From NCBI RefSeq assembly GCF_045807025.1, contig NZ_JBJMID010000014.1: DNA of 64,000 bases; one strand, written 5' to 3'. The notes under the pieces are model-generated. The model made no database searches, had not been told where the DNA came from, and saw only the letters and a program-made list of their open reading frames with translations. The stretch comes from Mycobacterium sp. Its GTDB lineage: Bacteria; Actinomycetota; Actinomycetes; Mycobacteriales; Mycobacteriaceae. A program made the translations under genes and the position numbers. This document shows, in pieces, positions 55,728 to 64,000 of the stretch (positions are counted from its first letter, which is position 1; every line of letters begins with the position of its first letter).

Positions 55728-57080
55728 CTAGCACTCCACGACGTTGAGGGCCAGGCCGCCCTGCGACGTCTCCTTGTACTTGGCCTTCATGTCGGCCCCG
55801 GTGTCGCGCATGGTCTTGATCGCAGTGTCGAGGCTGACGTGATGAGTTCCGTCCCCGTGCAACGCCATTCGCGCCGCGGTGATCGCCTTGACCGACGCGA
55901 CCGCGTTGCGTTCGATGCACGGAATCTGCACCAGACCGCCGACCGGGTCGCACGTGAGCCCGAGGTTGTGCTCGATGCCGATCTCGGCGGCGTTCTCCAC
56001 CTGCGCCGGCGTTCCGCCCAGCACTGCCGCCAGCCCCGCGGCCGCCATCGAGCACGCCGATCCGACCTCACCCTGACATCCCACCTCGGCGCCGGAGATC
56101 GACGCGTTGGCCTTGAAGAGCTGACCGATTGCGCCGGCCGTCAGCAGAAACTCGACGATGCCGTCGTCCGTCGCGCCGGGCACGAACCGCGAATAGTAAT
56201 GCAGCACAGCGGGAATGACTCCCGCCGCGCCGTTCGTCGGCGCTGTCACCACCCGACCGCCGCCCGCGTTCTCCTCGTTGACCGCCAGCGCGTAAACCGT
56301 CAGCCAGTCCATGACGTACAGCGGATCGTCGGGATCGAGTGCCTCCGCCAGCAAACGCGCCCGGCGGCGAACCCGCAGCCCGCCCGGCAACGTGCCCGTC
56401 GCAGCCAGACCAGCCTCGACACACTCGCGCATCGCCGCCCAGATGCGCAGCAGGCCGGCCCGCAGATCGGGCTCACGACCTAGAGCAGCCTCGTTGCGTG
56501 CCATCAACTCGGCGATGCTGTACGCCTTCTCCGTCGCCAGCCGCACGAGCTCCGCCGCCGTGCTGAACGGATACGGCATGACGGCATCTTCGCGCGGCCC
56601 CGACCCGGCTTCTTGCTCGTCGACGACGAACCCGCCGCCAACCGAGTAGTACACCCGGCGACGCAGCTCTTGACCCGCGTCGTCGACGGCCGAGAAGACC
56701 ATGCCGTTGCTGTGAAAGTCCATCGCCTGCAAGGACAAAACGATGTCGGTGTTGTGGTCGAAATCGATTACGTGCGTGCCGGCGAGAAGCAGCTTGGCGC
56801 TCGCGTTGATCTCCTCGACCCGAGCCTTCGCGAGTGCCGGATCGACGGTCGCGGGCTCATTGCCCTCCAGGCCGAGAACGACCGCGCCGGGCGTGCCATG
56901 TCCGGCGCCCGTGGCGCCCAGCGAGCCGTAGAGCTCGATTCGCACCCGCGCAACGTCGTGCAACACACCATCGGCGGCAAGATGGCGGGCGAACCGGTGT
57001 GCGGCGCGCATGGGACCGACGGTGTGCGAACTCGACGGCCCGATGCCGATCGAGAACAGATCGAAAACTGAAACGGCCAT
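55728..57080 (-). CDS. sdaA: L-serine ammonia-lyase (Fe-S dependent, single chain)
   Basis: [60 protein letters not shown]. Confidence 0.96.
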   Translation of the reverse strand: MAVSVFDLFSIGIGPSSSHTVGPMRAAHRFARHLAADGVLHDVARVRIELYGSLGATGAGHGTPGAVVLGLEGNEPATVDPALAKARVEEINASAKLLLAGTHVIDFDHNTDIVLSLQAMDFHSNGMVFSAVDDAGQELRRRVYYSVGGGFVVDEQEAGSGPREDAVMPYPFSTAAELVRLATEKAYSIAELMARNEAALGREPDLRAGLLRIWAAMRECVEAGLAATGTLPGGLRVRRRARLLAEALDPDDPLYVMDWLTVYALAVNEENAGGGRVVTAPTNGAAGVIPAVLHYYSRFVPGATDDGIVEFLLTAGAIGQLFKANASISGAEVGCQGEVGSACSMAAAGLAAVLGGTPAQVENAAEIGIEHNLGLTCDPVGGLVQIPCIERNAVASVKAITAARMALHGDGTHHVSLDTAIKTMRDTGADMKAKYKETSQGGLALNVVEC

Positions 57081-57100
57081 CGCGGTGCGCCTACAGCAAG

Positions 57101-57523
57101 CTACGGCTTGGGGGTCACGTCGACGCTGGGCGGAAGTGTCGACGGTTCTGGCTGCATCGATCTGCGCACGATCGTGAACGCCACCGCTCCCCCGGCCAGC
57201 ACCACTGCACCCACCGCGGCCAACAGCAGGGGCCGACGCCGACGCCTGGGCTTACGCGCGTCGGCGATGACCCGGGGAAGGGTGGCGAGAACCTCCTGCG
57301 CGGCGGTGAGTTCCTGCGCGATGGTCTCCTGTGCATCCCCGAACTCCTTGGCGAGCCGGCTCTTGTCAAGGCGGCGACGCAGGCTGCCGGCCGCCGAATG
57401 CGCACCCTGCCAGCTCAGCCCGGCGGTGCCGAGCGTGACGTCGACCGGCCCGACCGCGGTGTACTTCAGGCCGCGGCTCAGCCGCTGGCTCGGGGTCAAC
57501 CGGGCGTCCGTCTTCGGGCTCAT
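57101..57523 (-). CDS. cwsA: Cell wall synthesis protein CwsA
   Basis: [24 protein letters not shown]-terminal TM and [10 protein letters not shown]; divergent from ppiA. Confidence 0.88.
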   Translation of the reverse strand: MSPKTDARLTPSQRLSRGLKYTAVGPVDVTLGTAGLSWQGAHSAAGSLRRRLDKSRLAKEFGDAQETIAQELTAAQEVLATLPRVIADARKPRRRRRPLLLAAVGAVVLAGGAVAFTIVRRSMQPEPSTLPPSVDVTPKP

Positions 57524-57622
57524 GTCCACCTCTTTCGCGGCGTGATCAGATTCGACATCCAGCCTGCCACCAACTGCCACCCCGCGGAGGCCGTTGAACG
57601 GCGGGTGGCACACTGGCATCCC

Positions 57623-58150
57623 GTGACGAGCCCCATTCAGACAGCGACCGCGACCCTGCACACCAACCGCGGAGACATCAAGATCGCACTCTTCGGAAAT
57701 CACGCCCCCAAGACCGTCGCGAACTTCGTCGGATTGGCACAGGGCACCAAGGACTACAACACCGAAAACGCGTCAGGCAGCTCGTCGGGACCGTTCTACG
57801 ACGGCGCGATCTTCCACCGCGTGATCGAGGGCTTCATGCTTCAGGGCGGCGACCCGACCGGCACCGGGCGCGGTGGGCCGGGATACCAGTTCGCCGACGA
57901 GTTCCATCCCGAGCTGCAGTTCGACAAGCCGTATCTGCTCGCCATGGCCAACGCGGGGCCCGGAACGAACGGCTCGCAGTTCTTCATCACAGTCGGCAAG
58001 ACACCGCACCTCAATCGCAAGCACACGATCTTCGGCGAGGTGGTCGATCCCGAGTCGCAGAAGGTGGTCGACGCCATCGCCACGACGGCCACGGACCGCA
58101 GTGACCGGCCGACCGATCCGGTGGTGATCGAGTCGATCACGGTGTCCTGA
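57623..58150 (+). CDS. ppiA: Cyclophilin-type peptidyl-prolyl isomerase PpiA
   Basis: [42 protein letters not shown]. The 438-aa track ORF is read-through. Confidence 0.96.
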   Translation: MTSPIQTATATLHTNRGDIKIALFGNHAPKTVANFVGLAQGTKDYNTENASGSSSGPFYDGAIFHRVIEGFMLQGGDPTGTGRGGPGYQFADEFHPELQFDKPYLLAMANAGPGTNGSQFFITVGKTPHLNRKHTIFGEVVDPESQKVVDAIATTATDRSDRPTDPVVIESITVS

Positions 58151-58162
58151 CGCCGTAGGGGG

Positions 58163-58588
58163 TCAGCGGGAGCCGGCGTAGCCGGCGTCAGTCAGCGCGT
58201 CGAGCACATTCAGCGGGTCGGTGCCCAGATCCCACCGGGTGAAGACCAGTAGCCGGTCATCGGTCGTATCGATCTCGAGCAGCCGCACCTTGCGGGCCAG
58301 GCGGCGGAACTCGGTGATTCGGACGATCTTTATGTCGTCGCGCCCTAACGCGTTTGTGCGCGACCAGCCGCGGGTAACTAGCCCATCGTCACTGATTGCC
58401 AGTTTCGGTCGGGCGCGCCAAGACAGGCTTGCAAACACGATCAGTCCTGCCGCGGCAATCCCTACGAGTATGCGCCCGGGCGCATCTGTGATCAGGGTCA
58501 CAGCGCCGATAGCCAAGATAAGTCCGAATATGCCGCACGCTGCGATTCCGAACGCCGGTGGGCTCCACTCTGTTTGCTGCGTGGCCAA
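58163..58588 (-). CDS. Bacterial PH-domain membrane protein (Rv0010c-like)
   Basis: WSPPAFG, two TM helices, ARPKL, LLEID, WDLGTDP. Confidence 0.88.
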   Translation of the reverse strand: MATQQTEWSPPAFGIAACGIFGLILAIGAVTLITDAPGRILVGIAAAGLIVFASLSWRARPKLAISDDGLVTRGWSRTNALGRDDIKIVRITEFRRLARKVRLLEIDTTDDRLLVFTRWDLGTDPLNVLDALTDAGYAGSR

Positions 58589-58617
58589 TTAACACCCTTT
58601 TACCGTTGCTAATGAGG

Positions 58618-58649
58618 TTATCCACAAGTGCTATCCCCAATGGGGATGA
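58618..58649. promoter_or_regulatory. DnaA-box cluster between the Rv0010c-like gene and crgA
   Basis: Perfect TTATCCACA at 58618, CTATCCCCA at 58631 and inverted TGGGGATGA at 58641, within an AT-rich spacer. Confidence 0.8.
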
Positions 58650-58737
58650 ATCACACGAGTGTGATCTGATGACCACAAGGTTGCTAAATGGGTAACGCGC
58701 GGAAGCCAAGATAAATTCATACCAATGGTCGGTACGG

Positions 58738-59001
58738 CTAACGCCAACGCATTGTGAGCAACAACCCGGTGATCATGAAAGCAAAGGCGATCGCGTAGTT
58801 CCACGGGCCGAGGTCTGCCAGGAATGGAATCGCGGTGGACGCGAGCTGGAACACCAGCAGCCACACCAGGCCGATCAGCATCAAGCCGCAGAACAAAACC
58901 ACGAACCAGAAGCTCGACGGCCCGGACTTGACCTTGACCGGTGTCCGGCTCACCGGGTTGATGGTGAAGTCGTTCTTCTTGCGAACTTTGGACTTGGGCA
59001 T
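58738..59001 (-). CDS. crgA: Cell division protein CrgA
   Basis: MPKSKVRKK, two TM helices, [14 protein letters not shown]. Confidence 0.95.
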   Translation of the reverse strand: MPKSKVRKKNDFTINPVSRTPVKVKSGPSSFWFVVLFCGLMLIGLVWLLVFQLASTAIPFLADLGPWNYAIAFAFMITGLLLTMRWR

Positions 59002-59087
59002 GGGTACCTTCGCGGGACAGTCTGCGTCACACGGTGCGACGATGTAACTACGAGCCTAACGTAGCCATGGCGCGGGGAGGAAAACCG

Positions 59088-59837
59088 ATGGACCAGCCCA
59101 GACGTTCGGCGTGGCGCTTCGGCGTCCCGTTGGTGTGTCTGCTGGCGGGCCTGCTGTTGGCGGCCACCCACGGTGTTTCCGGCGGCGCCGAGATCCGGCG
59201 CAGCGACGCCCCGCGCCTGGTCGATCTGGTGCGCGAGGCCCAGCAATCGGTGGACCGGCTGACCGCTGAGCGAGATTCGTTGGTCACGACGATCGACACG
59301 CACCACGGCGGGTCGCCCGGTGCCGACGCGGCATTGGCGGCGATCACCAACCGTTCGGCCAAGCTGGCCGTGGACGCGGGCCTGGATCCGATGCGGGGGC
59401 CGGGGCTCGTCGTCACGCTCAACGACGCGCAGCGCGACGCGGAGGGCCGCTTTCCGCGCGACGCGTCTCCCGATGATCTCGTGGTGCACCAGCAGGATAT
59501 TCAGGCGGTGCTGAATGCGTTGTGGAGCGCAGGCGCCGAAGGCATCCAGATGCAGGATCAGCGGATCATCGGCACGTCGGCGCCGCGATGTGTGGGAAAC
59601 ACGCTGCTGCTCAACGGCCGCACGTACAGCCCGCCATACGTCATCACCGCGATCGGCGACGCGCCCGCCATGCAGGCGGCGCTGGCGGCGGCACCGCTCG
59701 TCACGCTCTACAAGCAATACGTGGTGCGCTTTGGGCTGGGCTACGCCGAGCAACCGCGCGCTCAGGTCGACCTGGTCGGGCACACCGAGCCGGTCCGGAT
59801 GAAGTTCGCCAAGCCGGCCGGGCCGATCGGCTACTGA
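59088..59837 (+). CDS. DUF881 family protein (Rv0012-like)
   Basis: GPGLVVTLND, VHQQDIQAVLNALWSAGAE, CVGNTLLLNG; RBS GGAGG. Confidence 0.9.
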   Translation: MDQPRRSAWRFGVPLVCLLAGLLLAATHGVSGGAEIRRSDAPRLVDLVREAQQSVDRLTAERDSLVTTIDTHHGGSPGADAALAAITNRSAKLAVDAGLDPMRGPGLVVTLNDAQRDAEGRFPRDASPDDLVVHQQDIQAVLNALWSAGAEGIQMQDQRIIGTSAPRCVGNTLLLNGRTYSPPYVITAIGDAPAMQAALAAAPLVTLYKQYVVRFGLGYAEQPRAQVDLVGHTEPVRMKFAKPAGPIGY

Positions 59838-59878
59838 GCGCAAGAAATCACGCCGAAACCGCAAGGTAGCCTGGGCCG

Positions 59879-60553
59879 ATGCAGGTCTTGGTCGTCGACA
59901 ACTACGACAGCTTCGTGTTCAACCTGGTCCAGTACCTGGGTCAGCTCGGCGTGCACGCGCAGGTGTGGCGTAACGACGACGACCGTCTCGCCACCACAGA
60001 AGATGTCGCCAACGTCGTCGAGCAATTCGACGGCGTGCTGCTCTCCCCCGGCCCCGGCACCCCTGAGCGGGCCGGCGCATCCATCCCGCTCGTCAAGGCG
60101 TGCGCCGCGGCGCACACCCCACTGCTTGGGGTGTGCCTCGGCCACCAGGCCATCGGCGTGGCGTTCGGTGGGACGGTCGACCGCGCGCCCGAGCTGCTGC
60201 ACGGCAAGACCAGCACGGTTTTTCACTCGAATGCCGGTGTGCTGCAAGGGCTTCCGGATCCATTCACCGCCACCCGCTACCACTCGCTGACCATTTTGCC
60301 CGACACCGTGCCCGCCGAACTCGAGGTGATCGCTCGGACCGAGGGCGGCGTCATCATGGGCGTGCGGCACGTCGAGCTGCCCATTCACGGCGTGCAGTTC
60401 CACCCCGAGTCGATCCTCACCGAAGGCGGCCATCGCATGCTCGCCAACTGGCTCGGCTACTGCGGCGCCGCGCCCGCGGAGTCGTTGGTGCGGCAGCTGG
60501 AGGATGAGGTGGCCAACGCCGTGCAGGCCGCTACGACGCGAAACTCAGCGTGA
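59879..60553 (+). CDS. trpG: Glutamine amidotransferase component II of anthranilate/aminodeoxychorismate synthase
   Basis: VDNYDSF, SPGPG, GVCLG, RYHSL, QFHPES. Confidence 0.95.
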   Translation: MQVLVVDNYDSFVFNLVQYLGQLGVHAQVWRNDDDRLATTEDVANVVEQFDGVLLSPGPGTPERAGASIPLVKACAAAHTPLLGVCLGHQAIGVAFGGTVDRAPELLHGKTSTVFHSNAGVLQGLPDPFTATRYHSLTILPDTVPAELEVIARTEGGVIMGVRHVELPIHGVQFHPESILTEGGHRMLANWLGYCGAAPAESLVRQLEDEVANAVQAATTRNSA

Positions 60554-62407
60554 TCGGGTCCTCGAACCTGACGGGTGTGCCCGCCGGCGGGCTCTGAGTC
60601 ACCACCGCGTTGGTCCGCTGGCCGCTGTTCTGCACGTCGGGACCCCTGATCAGCGGGCCCGTCCATCCGTAAGCATTGCGCAGGTTCGGCTCGACGTCGG
60701 TCCAGAACCCTCCGCGCACGTCGGGCATGACGAACTGGTTGCCCATCGACACCCGAATCTGGATGAGGGTGTCCAGCGCAGCGACCTCGCCCGCAGCAGG
60801 TGCGGTCCCCACGACCTGGCCCTTCGGCGTCGTGCTGTCGACGTCAACCGGCAGCAGCTTCGTGAACCCGGACGCGTTGAGCACCTGCGTGCACACGTCA
60901 ACGGTCTGGCCCTTGCAGTCGGGGACCGGCTTGTTCTCGGGTCCCGAACCGACGACGATCGTGATCTCGTTCGTGATCGCCGAGGTCTGATTGGCCGGCG
61001 GGATGGTCGCCAGCACCTTGTCCTTCGTCTCCGGCGTCGACGGTGACCGCGACTCCCTGAACTTGCCGAACCCTGCGTTGGTGAGCTTCTCGACGCAATC
61101 GGTGTAGGAAAGGTTCTTGCAGTCCACCACCTCGCGTTGCTCCGGGCCGGTGGACACGTTGATGGCGATCTCGTCGCCTGCGCCGACGGACGTGCCTGCG
61201 CTCGGGTCGGTACCGATGACTCGATTCGGTGGGACGGTTGAGTCCGGGTTCCGCTGAGTCGTCGTCTTGAAGCCAGCGTTCTGCAGTGTGGCGACCGCGT
61301 CGTTCTCCAGCTGGTTTCGTACGTCAGGCACTTGAACATCCCGCGTGTTGCCGCCGAACATGTTGATCGCGACCGTCACCACAACGGTCAGTACCGCCAG
61401 GACCGCGACCGCGATCAGCCAGCGGCCCACCGATCCGGCGCGCTCGTCCTTCTCGGCGTATCCGGGCTCCGGGCGCTCGGCCGCGTCGATCGGCTCGGTG
61501 CGATGCTGTGACGGTGTCGACGACAGCAGCGACGTCCGTTCGGCGTCGGTGAACACCTTGGGCGCCTCCGGCGCCTCGCCGCTGTGCACCCGCACCAGAT
61601 CGGCGCGCATCTCCGCAGCTGACTGGTAGCGATTGTCGGGGTTCTTGGCCAGCGCCTTGAGCACAACGGCGTCGAGCTCGGGCGAGATGTCGTTGTGCCG
61701 TTGCGACGGCGGCACCGGATCTTCGCGCACATGCTGATAGGCCACCGCGACCGGTGAATCACCGACGAAGGGTGGCTCACCAGTAAGGATTTCGTAAAGC
61801 ACGCAGCCCAGCGAGTACACATCCGAACGGGCGTCGACCTTCTCGCCGCGAGCCTGCTCGGGCGACAGGTACTGCGCCGTGCCGATCACCGCGGCGGTCT
61901 GGGTCACGCTGTTGGCATCGGCCAGGGCGCGGGCGATGCCGAAGTCCATCACCTTCACCGCGCCGGCCTTGCTGATCATGATGTTGGCGGGCTTCACATC
62001 GCGGTGAATGATGCCGTGCTGGTGGCTGAAGTTCAGCGCCTGGCAGGCGTCGGCGATCACTTCGATCGCGCGCTTGGACGGCATCGGGCCCTCGGTGTGC
62101 ACGATGTCGCGTAACGTGACCCCGTCGACATACTCCATCACGATGTACGGCAGCGGCCCGGTCGCCATCTCCGCCTCGCCGGTGTCGTACACCGCGACAA
62201 TGGCCGGATGGTTCAGTGCGGCGGCGTTCTGCGCTTCGCGGCGGAACCGTAGATAGAAGCTGGGATCGCGGGCCAGGTCGGCGCGCAGCACCTTGACGGC
62301 GACGTCGCGGTGCAGCCGCAGATCGCGCGCCAAATGGACCTCGGACATGCCGCCAAAGCCGAGGATCTCACCGAGTTCGTACCGGTCGGACAGGTGTTGC
62401 GGGGTGG

Positions 62408-62411
<4 letters not shown>
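60531..62411 (-). CDS. pknB: Ser/Thr protein kinase PknB with four PASTA domains
   Basis: [28 protein letters not shown] helix, four PASTA repeats. Confidence 0.97.
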
Positions 62412-63744
<1,333 letters not shown>

Positions 63745-63748
<4 letters not shown>

Positions 63749-64000
63749 GATCCCTCCCGCAGGGCGGCCGCGATAGTCGCGCGCCCGATGGGTGCGGCAA
63801 CGGCACCGCCGGTGGCCGACAGCCGGTCGCCGCCGTTCTCGACCAGGACGGCGACGGCAACCTTGGGTGCCGATGCCGGCGCGAAGGCGATGTACCAGGC
63901 GTGCGGCGGGGTATTGCGCGGATCCGTGCCGTGCTCCGCCGTGCCGGTCTTCGATGCGATCTGCACGCCGGCGATGGCTCCCTTCTGCTGCGTCACCTGC
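63745..64000 (-). CDS. pbpA: Class B penicillin-binding protein PbpA (3' end)
   Basis: [27 protein letters not shown]; its stop overlaps the pknA ATG. Confidence 0.93.

Noticed and set aside
55726-55739. CTAGCACTCCAC resembles the tRNA-Ala 3' end (CTAGGCTCCAC), a possible attR
   Set aside because: It is short and gapped, it is the last codons of sdaA (VEC*), and there is no integrase nearby.
55473-56055. Track ORFs 55473-55712 (+) and 55498-56055 (-)
   Set aside because: They have no RBS or recognisable motifs and overlap better-supported genes (sdaA and the zinc-ribbon ORF) in other frames.
57081-57100. Glycine or serine riboswitch upstream of sdaA
   Set aside because: Only 20 nt separate sdaA from cwsA, leaving no room for an aptamer.
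56834-58150. 438-aa plus-strand ORF
   Set aside because: Only 57623-58150 is cyclophilin; the upstream part is antisense to sdaA and cwsA.

Overview
This is the replication-origin region of a high-GC mycobacterium. The gene order, with the Rv0036-Rv0050-like block left of pcnA, gnd between dnaN and recF, and ggh and phoX present, fits a rapidly growing Mycolicibacterium. Left to right: the ponA1 5' end, PadR/ino1, phoX, an amino-acid ABC transporter, ggh, leuS, mtc28, pcnA/mutT4, murJ(mviN), sigM-rsmA, trxB-trxC, cwlM, parB-parA-rsmG with two perfect parS palindromes, jag-yidC-yidD-rnpA-rpmH, dnaA-oriC-dnaN-gnd-recF-dciA-gyrB-gyrA, tRNA-Ile/tRNA-Ala, sdaA, cwsA, ppiA, crgA, trpG, pknB-pknA and the pbpA 3' end. 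Most of this is conserved core genome. The main non-core items are (i) a 421-aa LAGLIDADG intein in GyrA immediately after the catalytic Tyr; (ii) a 49-aa CPxCG...CxxC zinc-ribbon-like microprotein, missing from the ORF track, with a strong RBS and an ATGA overlap with a DUF2510-like membrane protein gene downstream of tRNA-Ala; (iii) a 34-aa membrane micro-ORF between the two tRNAs; (iv) MIRU-like linker mini-ORFs at parA/parB and gnd/recF; (v) a DnaA-box cluster outside oriC, next to crgA; (vi) a small acidic protein with seven Dx[DN]xDG-type loops; and (vii) many apparently leaderless genes. All calls come from reading the sequence and from recalled family knowledge; no database searches were run.
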